A DNA stretch of 64,000 bases from Candidatus Babeliales bacterium (GCA_963722255.1 CAVRJO010000002.1:128001-192000); one strand, 5' to 3'; shown: positions 21,098-32,858, counted from the first letter of the stretch. Notes: generated by a model not told the origin, from the sequence alone. Numbers and translations: made by a program.

Positions 21098-22335
21098 GGT
21101 AACATATCTTGTAAACGTTCTAATTTAGTTACCAACTGTTTAAGATTTATAATAAGAGCTTCATTCATGCCTTTCTTAGGTTGTACACGTATTGGCTTTT
21201 TGGTTGTTGGGGCTTCCTTTTTAAAGCGAACAATATTTCCATTCTCTTGATTACGATAATCTTTATAATTTTTATACCAAATAAAATCATCATCCTCATT
21301 AGCCAGACCCAATAATTCAGCTCGCACCCGCATAAGCACTTGTCCAAGAAGATTTGTTCCTTCACCTTGAGCCCCGGCTCCCCAAAATGCATCATTTGCT
21401 CCGGCATCTTCAACAAGAATCTTATCGCCTGTATTAAATAATAAATGTTTTAAACGCATATTTTCATTAAACTTACGACGTACTGCATCAAGCATAACAG
21501 CGACACTTCTTTTATTCCATGCATTTTGATCATATTCATTTTTATGTTGACGTGCAAAATCAAAGGCTTGGCGAGGAGTAGTTAATCTTTTCATTTGATT
21601 ATATAATTGTGGATTATCTACAAATTTTTGTGCTTGAAAATAGTTCTCACTTGTTGGCCATTCATGGCCTTGTGCATCAATTACTGAATCGGTGTCAAAA
21701 TTTGTAAACTCATAATAAGGCTTACTACTTTCATAAAAATAAATAGCATTACCTAACCCTTTCCATGAATCTTTAGACGCCTTTATCTGCTTTTTAGTAT
21801 CACCACCAAGCTGTTGTACTGCCAGATCCCAAAGATCCAAAAGGTCCTGCGTTTCGCGTGAAAACCTATAATCGCGCTGTTTGCCTCTAACTTGTTCAGT
21901 AATAGAAAATTTACCAATAATCTTATCAATTGGTAACCAGGCATAATCATTTTTTATATTATTGGCAAATTTCCCCTTCTCTTTCATTTTTTTATAAAGA
22001 AACTTTGCTGAAACATATTCAGTTGGTACAAAATGCACTATATCTCCATTTGGTCGTTTAAACCATGGCTTACCTTTTAAATAATTTGGATCGAGTTCGA
22101 TTATATTATTTGTTTGTACAAACAGTGCATCAGTGGCAAATTTTTGTGCATTTTCTTTACCATGTGCGGTCTCTCCAAAAAAACTCCATTGTCCATTAGC
22201 CGAATCCTTACCTAATAATACATTCCATTCATTAGTATTCTCATTCCATGAAACTGGAACAATAATTGCCTGCCAACACTCAGCTTGATTAAATGTCAAC
22301 GCCATAATCAAACACAATAACATTGATATTTTCAT
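21094..22335 (-). CDS. Exported protein: degenerate Nudix-like domain fused to a NADAR (YbiA-like) domain
   Basis: Signal peptide; NADAR motifs FTNF, WPTSENYFQAQKF, LLFNTG..LVE, DAFWG, GTNLLGQVLMRVR; N-terminus aligns by eye with ORF 42781. Confidence 0.8.
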   Translation of the reverse strand: MKISMLLCLIMALTFNQAECWQAIIVPVSWNENTNEWNVLLGKDSANGQWSFFGETAHGKENAQKFATDALFVQTNNIIELDPNYLKGKPWFKRPNGDIVHFVPTEYVSAKFLYKKMKEKGKFANNIKNDYAWLPIDKIIGKFSITEQVRGKQRDYRFSRETQDLLDLWDLAVQQLGGDTKKQIKASKDSWKGLGNAIYFYESSKPYYEFTNFDTDSVIDAQGHEWPTSENYFQAQKFVDNPQLYNQMKRLTTPRQAFDFARQHKNEYDQNAWNKRSVAVMLDAVRRKFNENMRLKHLLFNTGDKILVEDAGANDAFWGAGAQGEGTNLLGQVLMRVRAELLGLANEDDDFIWYKNYKDYRNQENGNIVRFKKEAPTTKKPIRVQPKKGMNEALIINLKQLVTKLERLQDMLP

Positions 22336-22393
22336 ATGAATTCATCCTTCGTATATTTTTAAGAACTACAATCGACTACAATTTCATGCTACC

Positions 22394-23161
22394 TTAAACT
22401 CTAGAATTTTTCATAGGCTTCTTTGCAGCAACTTTCATTGATTTCGTAGTATAACGATTGTGACGGTGAGAAGTAGCCAATCGATTGCGTTTAGTTTGCA
22501 CTTTCGCAATTTCAACTACCGGTTTTTGCTCAGCAGGCTTTGTCACTCTTTTTGCACGATATGCCACTTTCTTTTCATCCCTTTTTGCATATGCTAATGC
22601 TTTTTCACGATTAACTGCAGCATTCAACTGAGGTTGTAATAGTGATTCCCAATGGTTATTAAAAACCGATTTCGTAAAATTATCAAATTTGTAACGCATC
22701 TTCATATTGCGAGCCGTTCTGACAATGGTAGTACGTGATAAAAGTTCCTCCATAGGAATCCATACAAATTTATCTTTTCTTATATCCTGATCTACCGAAC
22801 TAACCATCTTTCTTTGCAACATAGGAATAGTCATATGCTCGACCGGCACACAATAAACAACATCACCACTTCTAAAAGCAATTGATGATTGAAGCTTTTG
22901 CATACCTTCTTTTTCAAACGAATAAACTCCATTGGTTTGTTCTTTGAGTGTTTGCAAAGCTGAGGTAAGCATGTCAGCATCAGATTCTTGCTCAATTTTT
23001 TGCTTAAAGGTGCTCCACAAACCGCCTGCATCGCGACCAAAAAGCCCACACCATTTTCCTGTTAACCTCTCTTGATAGAGTGGAACAATATGAACTTCCT
23101 TAGAAATAATTAGTGTTGTATACTGTAATATAACTAAGAATAGAGTTATAATTTTTTTCAT
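22394..23161 (-). CDS. Exported degenerate Nudix-like protein with basic tail (paralog of neighbour's N-terminus)
   Basis: IVP..., LFGRD..GLWSTF, EQTNG, KDKFVWIP match the neighbour and ORF 42781. Confidence 0.65.
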   Translation of the reverse strand: MKKIITLFLVILQYTTLIISKEVHIVPLYQERLTGKWCGLFGRDAGGLWSTFKQKIEQESDADMLTSALQTLKEQTNGVYSFEKEGMQKLQSSIAFRSGDVVYCVPVEHMTIPMLQRKMVSSVDQDIRKDKFVWIPMEELLSRTTIVRTARNMKMRYKFDNFTKSVFNNHWESLLQPQLNAAVNREKALAYAKRDEKKVAYRAKRVTKPAEQKPVVEIAKVQTKRNRLATSHRHNRYTTKSMKVAAKKPMKNSRV

Positions 23162-23223
23162 AGCATCCTTTTTTTATGAGCATTATTCGTAAACTTCTTA
23201 CACGATAATAATGGTTTTTGCCA

Positions 23224-23868
23224 ATGTCAACGAAACAATCTACTCTTTCAAAAAATATATCAAAAGAGATCATAGGGTATTATTTACCACCAAATCCTAT
23301 TATTGTCGAAGCGGGTGCACATATTGGACGTGATACCCTTAAAATGAAAAAACATTGGCCTCAGTGTACAATTCATGCATTTGAACCGGTGCCCGAACTA
23401 TTTGCAGCACTCATTAAAAAAACCCAAGATTATTCGAGCATTCATTGTTATCCATATGCTTTAAGCTCCTTTTCAGGAGAAAAAATAATGTATATTAGTG
23501 CTGGCCGTTCAACGGCAACCAGCTCACTCTTTAAACCAACAGGTTATAGCCTTGAACATCCTGAAACAACCTTTACCCAACGCCATGTCCAAACAATCAC
23601 GCTTGATGATTGGGCAAAGCAGTATGGAATAGATCATGTTGATGCCCTTTGGCTTGATATGCAAGGTGGAGAGTTAGATGCTTTATGCGGTGCTCAGAAC
23701 CTTTTGAAAACTATATCAGTTATCTATACTGAGGTTTCGCTGCATCAACGTTATGAAAACACCCCTTTATACCATGAATTGAGGGCCTGGCTTGAACAAC
23801 AAGGCTTTTCTGTAGCTCATGAAGCATTTCGCGATACTCTTTGGGGCAATGTTTTATTTGTGAGATAA
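23224..23868 (+). CDS. FkbM-family SAM methyltransferase
   Basis: EAGAHIG, AFEP, TITLDDW, LDMQGGE, IYTEV. Confidence 0.88.
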   Translation: MSTKQSTLSKNISKEIIGYYLPPNPIIVEAGAHIGRDTLKMKKHWPQCTIHAFEPVPELFAALIKKTQDYSSIHCYPYALSSFSGEKIMYISAGRSTATSSLFKPTGYSLEHPETTFTQRHVQTITLDDWAKQYGIDHVDALWLDMQGGELDALCGAQNLLKTISVIYTEVSLHQRYENTPLYHELRAWLEQQGFSVAHEAFRDTLWGNVLFVR

Positions 23869-23891
23869 CAGTTCTTAATCTCTAATGTTTG

Positions 23892-24620
23892 TTATTTTTC
23901 CAAAGGATAATTTAATTTCATTTGAAGTTCTAAAACTTTGTCGCTATATTCTTCAGGTGCTTTTTTGCTTTCAGACACAAAAGGTACCAGTAATGAAGCA
24001 GTTGGTGTACCGAGTGAATAGTCTTGCTCTTCATCAGCTCTATTATTTTCTTTATTTACTCGTTTAATACCTGTGCAATATAAAGAAGCTTCTGCCAATT
24101 TTTTTTGAAGATCTAAAAACTCATCACTATATTTTACTTCGTCGTTAATATCATCTTTTTCATTTAAATGAGAAGATCCATTTATATTTATCTTGCACCT
24201 ACAAGAACTTTTTTGGTTTTCTAATTCTTTTATTCTTTTCTCTTGTGATTCAACACAAGCTTTTAATTCGACATTATTACGCATTACAATTTCAATAATC
24301 TTCGTTAAATTTTCTTTATTTTCTTTTCGATCCTTTGCAGCATCTTTTTTTAAAGACATAAAGAGCATACGTGTTTGATTTACCAACATAGCTTGATTTC
24401 GTTGTTGCTCTTGCAATTCAACTATTGCTTGATTTTGTAGTTGATTTTGAGCTCCGTTTGCTATATCTGAGCAGCTTAACGATCTTACTAAGTACGATTT
24501 AGGTTGTTTTTTTACTCTTTCAACAACCTCTTCTTTTTCCATAGCACCTATCATCGTGGACAATAAAAGTGATGCAATGCAACCTAAGCCAAATGATTGT
24601 TTTATAAATACCTGTTTCAT
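23892..24620 (-). CDS. Hypothetical exported coiled-coil protein
   Basis: Signal peptide ending IGA then ME; heptad-rich middle. Confidence 0.7.
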   Translation of the reverse strand: MKQVFIKQSFGLGCIASLLLSTMIGAMEKEEVVERVKKQPKSYLVRSLSCSDIANGAQNQLQNQAIVELQEQQRNQAMLVNQTRMLFMSLKKDAAKDRKENKENLTKIIEIVMRNNVELKACVESQEKRIKELENQKSSCRCKININGSSHLNEKDDINDEVKYSDEFLDLQKKLAEASLYCTGIKRVNKENNRADEEQDYSLGTPTASLLVPFVSESKKAPEEYSDKVLELQMKLNYPLEK

Positions 24621-24851
24621 GATTCCCTTTCATGTAAAATACAAAGTAGTGAAATATATACCCTAAAAATATTATTACATTATTTATATCAAGTTTTATA
24701 TAAATTGACTAATTTACTATTAATTTATTATAAATTCAGCACCAGAAAAAATAGACCTTTCGCTCTAAAATTATTTTATTGATCTCTTTATTTACACATC
24801 ACTACTAACTACGTTATCCTAATGCTAAGAAGCAAAAAAAAGGAAGCTCTT

Positions 24852-25908
24852 ATGAAATTATTAGTTGCAGAAGAGTCATATCGTACTAATTCAAAATTAA
24901 CCTGGCTCTTAATTCTTTTAGCTTTGCTCATTAACTTAGCTTTGTTATTTTTACTTTTTATCCTCCAAACGGATAACAACTTTTTTCAATTTCCCTATAA
25001 GACTGAACCAGAACACTGAAGAGGCTCCCGTACTTTTTCAAGAAATGCCGGAATCACCTGCTCAGGCTGAGCCACCACCACCTCCAGTAACAAATGAAGT
25101 TGCTGCATTAAAGCCCGGGGCTTCAAATTTTGGTATTCCTGACGAATATAAAGAAGATGAAATGGTTGCTCACATCAATGAACTTGAACCTGATGAAAAA
25201 GAACCTGAGCCAGAACTTGCAGCAGTGCAAGAAAAAAACGAAAAAGATCAAGAAGAAGAAACGCTACCTTCTCAACCAATATCAGAATCACTACTGCAAG
25301 AAAAAGAAGAAGAGCTTGCTCAACCACAACCTATTGCCCCAACAACTCTTGAAAAAACTATGGAACAACCAAAACAGCCTGATGCTCCTCTACAACCAAA
25401 ATTGCAACCAAAACCTCCAATGCAAAAAGCTCCCGAAACGCAGCAAAAGATTAAAGCTCCTTTAAAAAAAGAGCTAACGTTCAATGATATTGCTAAAGGA
25501 TTTTTATCATCACTTGATGAGGGAGGTAATGATCTGGTAGAACGAAAAGGCAATGAAAATATTCGCCCTGACTTTGAAGAGATGCGTATTTTAAGCTATC
25601 AACATAAGCTATTCTGGTATATGCAAAATGAGTGGGCTCGCATTAATCTTTCACTTAATTATCCCGTTCCTCCCTTTGTCGTTACTGGCATTTCAATGAC
25701 AATTGATAAGGATGGCAATTTAAAAAAGGCTTCAGTATCTCATAGTTGCGGCATTCAACAACTTGATGATGCAATTCTACAAGGCATCAGATCTGCAAGC
25801 CCTTTCCCACCGTTGCCAACCTACTTAAAAAAGGATAGTTATACTTTTGAATTTGGGGTTAAACATGTCCAAAAATCTCCTTCAGGACTTACTAATCGTT
25901 ATCGCTGA
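24852..25908 (+). CDS. TonB/TolA-like protein (TM, Pro/Glu/Gln-rich linker, TonB_C domain), frameshifted near 25000
   Basis: TM ORF to 25019 and ORF 25045-25908 differ by +1; C-terminal IDKDGNL..SCG...LDDA...ASPFPPLP. Confidence 0.7.
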
Positions 25909-25981
25909 TAAAGCTATTTAGCTTTTTAAGATTATACGTTACACTTAAATGGCATATAACCATTATAAGGAAATCATTTGT

Positions 25982-27636
25982 ATGAATAGTCTTGAGACAT
26001 TAAAAAAATCATTTTTCACCTTTCTTGCAACAACTTTTAATCTTGAACCAGAGCTTTGTAATGCAATAAGCTTTACCATCAACAACGATGCAACAAAATC
26101 AGAATTTGGGGATGTAAGTTCAAACGCAGCTATGGTTCTTGCAAAACATTTAAAGAGTAATCCAAGAACTGTTGCACAAACAATTGTTGAAAATTACAAA
26201 AACCATTCTGTTAAATCAATTGAAATAGCCGGCCCGGGATTTCTCAACTTCTATTTGGCTCAAGAATTTTTTATAGCAGTAGCTCACGCCCTTTTTACAA
26301 CCGGCAGCCGTTATTTTGCCCTTAACCCGGAAGATCATAAAGAAAAGTTTTCGATCGAATTTGTAAGCGCAAACCCTACAGGCCCTTTGCATCTAGGACA
26401 TGGCCGAGGCGGCATTATAGGTGATGTATTGGGCACAATTTTATCATTTTTGGGCCACAATGTAGTTAAAGAATTTTATATTAATGATGCCGGGACACAG
26501 ATCGAAAAACTTGGTCTTTCATTAAAAATTCGATGCCAGCAGCAGCTTGGGCTTGATGTTGCAATTCCTGAGGATGCCTACCAAGGTGATTATATTAAAG
26601 ATCTAGCAAAAGAGTTCATACATGAATTTGGAAATGATGCTCTCAATCAACCAATTCAAATTTTCTCTCAGTTTGCTCAGACTCGATTATTAAAAAATAT
26701 TAAAAAAACTCTTGAAGAATATGGTATCACGTACGATGTATGGTTTTCTGAAAAAACATTACATGACTCTGATAAAGTTGCGCAAGCTCTTCAAACTCTT
26801 GATCAAAGAGGTTTCACCTATGTGCAAGATAATGCAACATGGTTTAAATCTACTGAATTTGGTGATGATAAAGATCGTGTTTTAAAAAAAGGCCAAGGTA
26901 ATTACACCTATATAAGTGCAGATATTGCGTATCTACAAAATAAGATTAGGACGCGGATTTACTAAAATAATCATGGTCTTAGGGCAAGACCACCACAGCT
27001 ATGTAATGCGCATGAAAGCAATTATGCAAGCATTAGGCAATAACCCTGACAACTTAGATATAATTTTATATCAGTTGGTTATCACTCAAAGAAGACGGTC
27101 AACAAGTGCGCATGTCAAAACGCGCAGGTGCTATCGTAAATTTAGAAGAAGTTATTGAATGCGTAGGTAAAGATGTTGCGCGGTTCTTTTATCTTCATCG
27201 TAAAGCTGATGCTCATTTAGAATTTGATCTTGCGTTAGCATTAAAAAAAACTGAAGAAAACCCTGTTTATTATATTCAGTATGCTTACGTTCGAACGCAC
27301 AGTATCTTAGAAAAAGCTGCTCTGCATAAAGAATTTGAAGCTATTAAAGCTTCTGATCTTAAAGAACTTGGACCTGATGAGATTCTTTTACTTAAAAAAA
27401 TAGTTGAGCTCAAAGAACTCCTTGTTACCTTAAGCACCAATTTTCAAACACATCTTTTGGCCTATTACGTTATAGAATTGGCGCATGCTTTTCATCGCTA
27501 TTACAGCAAAAATCGCGTTATTAATCTTGAAGCACCCAGCTTAAGCAGAACACGATTGGCATGCATTCAACTTCTCAATCGAACCTTTAAACTCTGCTTA
27601 GATTTATTAGGGCTCAATGCGCCTACCAGCATGTAA
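25982..27636 (+). CDS. argS: Arginyl-tRNA synthetase, interrupted by two +1 frameshifts (about 26945 and 27080)
   Basis: EFVSANPTGPLHLGHGRG, GDDKDRV, GQDHH, MSKRAG, NPVYYIQYAYVR spread over three consecutive frames. Confidence 0.92.
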
Positions 27637-27641
27637 CAAAA

Positions 27642-27671
27642 ATGGCCATTGCTGTTAAAAACAATGGCCAT
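27642..27671. terminator. Hairpin terminator between convergent genes
   Basis: ATGGCCATTG-loop-CAATGGCCAT with a T-run on the minus strand. Confidence 0.6.
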
Positions 27672-27702
27672 AAAATCTCTTAAAGATTACTTATATTTTT
27701 TA

Positions 27703-28590
27703 TTATCGCTTAGATAAAGCATAACCACTTATACCACCAATGAGAGTAGAAATGCCCAACAAGGGTAAGGTATAGACCGACTTATAATTTTGCAAATAGG
27801 CTGAACAGGCCATTTTTAATGCATAGCCACAAGAAGTTCCAATAAGAATCCCTAAAGCTGTCATTCCCGCGGCATATTCTTTTGATTGTGAACGGTATGC
27901 TCGATTAAAGGCTTCCTGAAATTCTCGCAAATCAAGCAATTCTGGATTCTGTCCGTCTTGTCGCTTGCCCATCATCATAGCAACTAAATTTACAATAGCT
28001 TTTTTATAACGCACTTTATTAGCTTTATTAAGCTTTGAAAGCATTGGGCTCCAAAGAGTAATCGTAGTATAGGGAGAATTTTGGTTAAAAGTTTGTGTAG
28101 TTTGATCCAGACGACCTATTCTTAGACTTATTGTTTTAATATATTTCTGGATTTTTTCACCAATATCTGGGGTACTAACATTTACATGATTATATGTTTC
28201 AAAAACTTGTTCTAAACATATAAGATCAGCTGATGCATTACAACAAAGCGTATCATACATATATGCCAAAGCAGTTAAAAGATTTTTTTGTTTTTGTGTA
28301 GTGTTAAAATTATTAGCTTTGACTTGCACTATTTCAGGCGTATCCTTGATGTCTATAGTATACACGACTTGGGAATTAACAAATCTTAAATCAAAATGGG
28401 GATGCTGCCATATTGTATTATTAGCTTCATCGATTTTTTGCTTTTCTTCTTCAGTAAGAGTTGGCGCATAATGCGCGCACGAACTACCTGGCACTCCCTT
28501 GCCGAATTCACCAAGATTCATCGCGTTCAATAAACCAAATCCATAAATAGGGAATAAAGCTATTGCTATTATATTAACTCTTGATATCAT
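27703..28590 (-). CDS. Hypothetical exported protein with two C-terminal TM helices
   Basis: Signal peptide ending LNA then MN; C-terminus resembles the neighbouring ORF. Confidence 0.7.
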   Translation of the reverse strand: MISRVNIIAIALFPIYGFGLLNAMNLGEFGKGVPGSSCAHYAPTLTEEEKQKIDEANNTIWQHPHFDLRFVNSQVVYTIDIKDTPEIVQVKANNFNTTQKQKNLLTALAYMYDTLCCNASADLICLEQVFETYNHVNVSTPDIGEKIQKYIKTISLRIGRLDQTTQTFNQNSPYTTITLWSPMLSKLNKANKVRYKKAIVNLVAMMMGKRQDGQNPELLDLREFQEAFNRAYRSQSKEYAAGMTALGILIGTSCGYALKMACSAYLQNYKSVYTLPLLGISTLIGGISGYALSKR

Positions 28591-28707
28591 AATTTAACCT
28601 GCCTTTTATTTATTTAAAATACTATATTTGTAATTAAATTATAGCCTACATATTGCAATCTGTCAAGCGGATAATGCCGATTTTTGGCTGTTTTTAAGCA
28701 AAAAGAT

Positions 28708-29628
28708 CTATTTTCTTCTGAATAACCAAGGGGTACAGCAATATCCACTTAAACCACCAAGAAGAGTAGAAAGGCCTATTAATGGCATCGTAAGCCTTGG
28801 GTTTTCTTGAAGATATTCATGTAAAAAATACTTGAGTGTAAAGCCAAGATTTAATCCAAATGAGAGACCTGTAAGAATGTTATGAAAGCTGTTATTTTTG
28901 TATAAGGTTATTTTTGCTTCTTTGATAGATTCATCTTTTGATGCTTCTTCCAAAATAGGTACCACAGGCATCAAATTGTATTCTTTTCCTAAATCTATCA
29001 CCCCTAACCTAAAGAAATCAAGATTAAATACTCTATGAGTATCTTTCGAACAGAATGGATTAAGAAGTCCATTAGATAAATGAATCAATTCAGCACGATA
29101 CTTTATTAGAGCATCTCCAGCCAGCAATGGCAAAATATTACTCATAACACTAAGCCGTACATGTTGTTCAACTTCACTATTATTGCTCCTAGCTGTAAGT
29201 AGCCTTGGTAACCTCAACGTATAAGTAGCTTTTGGATCCGCTTCTAATCCAGTAATAGTTAACTCACTTGTAACAAAATTATTATCTTGCGGAGTAACAT
29301 AATAACAACCTTTAAAAATACCAAGCATAACGTCTTCTAAAGGACGTACATCAAAAAAATTATCGTTCAAATGCAAATAAAAAAGATTAAGGGCAGTTGC
29401 TAATGATTCTTGTTTTTCCCCAAAATAAGTTAATGAAAGTTTACCAAAATTTTTACTCAAACCCCATGTCACATATTCAGAACGATCGAGTTCAACATCG
29501 CTCGGAAAATCAAGAAAACAAAGATCCGGGCCAATCGTTTTTTGGCCGTCGTACATCATAGATTGCACGTTGCTTAATCTTGCCAATACAAACAGTAACC
29601 CTACCATCAACACTCGTCTAAAATTCAT
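28708..29628 (-). CDS. Hypothetical exported protein, paralog of 27703-28590
   Basis: Signal peptide ending VQS then M; KQESLATAL vs KQKNLLTAL; PLIGLSTLLGGLSGY vs PLLGISTLIGGISGY. Confidence 0.7.
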   Translation of the reverse strand: MNFRRVLMVGLLFVLARLSNVQSMMYDGQKTIGPDLCFLDFPSDVELDRSEYVTWGLSKNFGKLSLTYFGEKQESLATALNLFYLHLNDNFFDVRPLEDVMLGIFKGCYYVTPQDNNFVTSELTITGLEADPKATYTLRLPRLLTARSNNSEVEQHVRLSVMSNILPLLAGDALIKYRAELIHLSNGLLNPFCSKDTHRVFNLDFFRLGVIDLGKEYNLMPVVPILEEASKDESIKEAKITLYKNNSFHNILTGLSFGLNLGFTLKYFLHEYLQENPRLTMPLIGLSTLLGGLSGYCCTPWLFRRK

Positions 29629-29837
29629 ATTGCGTCTACCTCAAAAATTTCTATTCACATATTTATATTATTTTTCTAAATCAATCCCACTCTATTCTAA
29701 TGCAAAAAAGATGATTTATAAAGCAAAATTCTCATAAAATTTTTGCCGTTTTTTTAATTTATTAGTATACTAAAAGCAAATTTACATATCTGATAAAAAA
29801 TTGTTGAATCAATTCCATTACTGTTAGCTAAAAAACC

Positions 29838-30965
29838 ATGAAACAAGATTATTATGAAATACTTGGTGTTTCCAAAACGGCAACCCAAGACGAAATCAAA
29901 AGCGCCTATAGAAAATTAGCACTCAAATACCATCCAGATCGAAATCCGGACAATAAAGAAGCTGAAGAAAAGTTCAAAGCTGCAGCAGAAGCATATCAAG
30001 TGCTTTCAGATCCAGAAAAGCGTAAACGCTATGATCAATTTGGTACCGCTGATATGGGAGCAGGCGCAGGTTTTGGTCAAGATATGAATATGGAAGATAT
30101 CTTTGATAATTTTGGTGATATATTTGAAAATCTCTTTGGTGGCGGTGGTCGTAAAAAAGGAGCTAAAAGCGCAGGGCCAACTGCTCGAAAAGGACATGAT
30201 CTTCATAAAGAAATCACCATTAGCCTTAAAGAATCTTATTTAGGAACAAAAAAAGATTTAAGTTACTATCGCTTTGTTTTATGCCAAACCTGTAATGGTA
30301 AAGGTGCGCAACCAGGAACTTCGGTTCAACAATGCACCACCTGCCAAGGAACCGGGCAGCAGTTTTATAGACAAGGATTTTTTAGTTTTAGTCAAACTTG
30401 TAGCACCTGCGGAGGTCAAGGGTTTACTATTCCTAGCCCGTGCACCAACTGTAAAGGTCAAACACGAGTACAATTTCTTGATACTTTCAATGTAACAATT
30501 CCGCAAGGAATTTTTGACGGTGCTGATCTCCGTATCTCTAATAAGGGAGACGCCGGAATTTTTGGTGGACCTGCCGGAGATCTTTTCTTGCGTATTCATG
30601 TCGCAGAAGATAAAAAATTCAAACGAGTTGATGATAATTTAGAATGCACAGTCATGGTCACCTATCCCGAGCTTGTTTTTGGATGCCAAATTGAGATAGA
30701 AAGTATCGATGGGACAAAAGAGACCATAAAGATTCCAAAAGGCAGTCCTGTTAATTATAAGGTAACCTTGCCGGGAAAAGGATTTGCACAAATACGAAGC
30801 AAAGCTCGTGGTAATTTAGTGGTCACAATCCAATGCCATATTCCAACGAAACTTTCTTCTGAGGCAAAAGAAGTTTTAAAAAAATACTCTGAGCTTATTG
30901 GAACTGAAGTGACTGATACTCAGACGGGAACAATAGCAGGATTTTTTAAGAAATTTCTAGGATAA
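29838..30965 (+). CDS. dnaJ: Chaperone DnaJ
   Basis: HPD J-domain, G/F region, four CxxCxGxG-type motifs. Confidence 0.97.
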   Translation: MKQDYYEILGVSKTATQDEIKSAYRKLALKYHPDRNPDNKEAEEKFKAAAEAYQVLSDPEKRKRYDQFGTADMGAGAGFGQDMNMEDIFDNFGDIFENLFGGGGRKKGAKSAGPTARKGHDLHKEITISLKESYLGTKKDLSYYRFVLCQTCNGKGAQPGTSVQQCTTCQGTGQQFYRQGFFSFSQTCSTCGGQGFTIPSPCTNCKGQTRVQFLDTFNVTIPQGIFDGADLRISNKGDAGIFGGPAGDLFLRIHVAEDKKFKRVDDNLECTVMVTYPELVFGCQIEIESIDGTKETIKIPKGSPVNYKVTLPGKGFAQIRSKARGNLVVTIQCHIPTKLSSEAKEVLKKYSELIGTEVTDTQTGTIAGFFKKFLG

Positions 30966-30971
30966 AGAGAT

Positions 30972-31006
30972 AAAAAAAAGGCAGATGTTTAAATATCTGC
31001 CTTTTT
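30972..31006. terminator. Bidirectional intrinsic terminator
   Basis: A8-GGCAGAT-loop-ATCTGCC-T5. Confidence 0.8.
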
Positions 31007-31012
31007 AAAAAA

Positions 31013-31567
31013 TTATAATGATTTTTCTGAAGGATCATCCGACTCAAATTCTTCATCATTTGAAGGCTGCTGATCAAGAGTTTTCATATAATCTTCAAAT
31101 TCTATTTTTAGTTTATACTCATTTTCTCTCAAGGTTTGCAAAGGAATAATTTCATCTCTGTTATAAGAAGGTTCTTGTTCTCCATCAACTTCTGTAGGAA
31201 ATAGAAGAGTAAACATTCTATTATTTAAACCATTTTCCTTAATTTTTTTTGCTTTTGCATCTCTCATAGCAGCTTGACGTTGTGCTTTGATACTTGGCGG
31301 TGCAACTACGTTATTTGAATTTATTACATCATGTTTTCTTTTTTTTTGAACTTTTCCTACATTAAACAAGTCTCTATATACACCAAAATTACCCACGATA
31401 AGAGGCTTTTGATAAGATAGTCGTCCAAAAACCGCGTCATATTCCTCAAGACCATCGGACTTGCTTTCCATAGAAACATTGTTTTCTTCTTCTGGGGCGC
31501 CCAGCCCCTCCATGCCATAGGCATATGAATTAAGAATAAAAATAGAAATTAGTAATAATTTCTTCAT
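31013..31567 (-). CDS. Hypothetical exported protein
   Basis: Signal peptide ending AYG then ME; basic patch KVQKKRKH; acidic tail. Confidence 0.7.
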   Translation of the reverse strand: MKKLLLISIFILNSYAYGMEGLGAPEEENNVSMESKSDGLEEYDAVFGRLSYQKPLIVGNFGVYRDLFNVGKVQKKRKHDVINSNNVVAPPSIKAQRQAAMRDAKAKKIKENGLNNRMFTLLFPTEVDGEQEPSYNRDEIIPLQTLRENEYKLKIEFEDYMKTLDQQPSNDEEFESDDPSEKSL

Positions 31568-31802
31568 ATTTTCCCTTTACACACTAAAGTTATAACTATT
31601 TATTATATACTATATTGTAACAAAACAATTACAATATGCAAATTTATATAAAAAACAGTTAATACCCTTAACCACTACAACTATACAAGAATTAGGCTAT
31701 CACAATTGCTTTTTATGCATATTTTTGTATGCTAGGAAATGTAACATTCTTTATAAATTTAAAAAGCGTTCAAATAGCACTAAAACCATAAAGGAATTTA
31801 TA

Positions 31803-32858
31803 ATGATAAAAAAAGCGATTCTTTGCCTAGCTCTTCTTAATTTAGGAATTCAAAATCAACTGCAAGCTTCACAGAGACACAGTAACTCTGCATACTATAA
31901 TCAACAAGATTGTGAGATCATAGAAACAGGAGCGAAGGTTGCACTCGTTTCTATAGTTATTGCATCATGCACCTATGCACTGTATAAAATTGGATCATGG
32001 CTTTTTACAAAAACTGATGAACAAATTTTTCAAGAAGCTTTTATTGCGTATCACCAAACCAAAAAAGAGTACAAAAAATTAAGAGAAGTTTGGATGCAAG
32101 AGATTGCCTATCAAACCGATGAACATTTCTTAGCATCACTTCCCCTTGATGGTGCATCAACTATATATAATCTCGGTAGATCTTTAGAAGCTCTTGAAGA
32201 ACATAAAAAAAAGATAGAAGAACGATTAATAGCATTTAAAAATGGAAAAAAATTAAACAGCCTTCTAGAAAGCCGCATGAAAAAATTACGTGATAACATT
32301 AAAGTTTTACACAAGTCACTTAAGCCTATTCATTCATTTTTAGCAAAACACAGCGATTATTATCAACTTGTACAAGAACTACACACCATTAAAAAAACCT
32401 ACTATAAAGAGATTACAGCGCTCGAACAAAACCGTTTTGATGAGCAAACAATACATAAACTCTTAACATCGCACATTATGAGTAATGCCGAAAACAATCG
32501 CTATCCATATATTCATTATATTGAAAACTTATCAAACAGACTTAAAGAATTGATGCAAACCATGGATAGTTGTAAACACTCATATCCAAAGGTTGAGCGT
32601 ACAGCACAGCAACTTAAAGAATATCTTGAGTGCATTCATTCATTAATTCTTATCCACAATGCTTACCATCTTGAATTACAAGAACGAGAACGGAATAGAT
32701 TAAAAGAAGAAAAAATTGCGCTTGAAAAAGCAAAAGTAAAAGCACAACAGGATCAAGCACGAGCACTTGAAAAACAGAATTGGTTGCGCACCCAAGAAAT
32801 TTATAATCAAGAAAAAATTTTGCGAAAGCTTGATAATTCCAATTCTTGTAAATACTAA
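31803..32858 (+). CDS. Hypothetical exported/membrane coiled-coil protein
   Basis: Signal peptide, a second hydrophobic helix and long heptad regions. Confidence 0.7.
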   Translation: MIKKAILCLALLNLGIQNQLQASQRHSNSAYYNQQDCEIIETGAKVALVSIVIASCTYALYKIGSWLFTKTDEQIFQEAFIAYHQTKKEYKKLREVWMQEIAYQTDEHFLASLPLDGASTIYNLGRSLEALEEHKKKIEERLIAFKNGKKLNSLLESRMKKLRDNIKVLHKSLKPIHSFLAKHSDYYQLVQELHTIKKTYYKEITALEQNRFDEQTIHKLLTSHIMSNAENNRYPYIHYIENLSNRLKELMQTMDSCKHSYPKVERTAQQLKEYLECIHSLILIHNAYHLELQERERNRLKEEKIALEKAKVKAQQDQARALEKQNWLRTQEIYNQEKILRKLDNSNSCKY

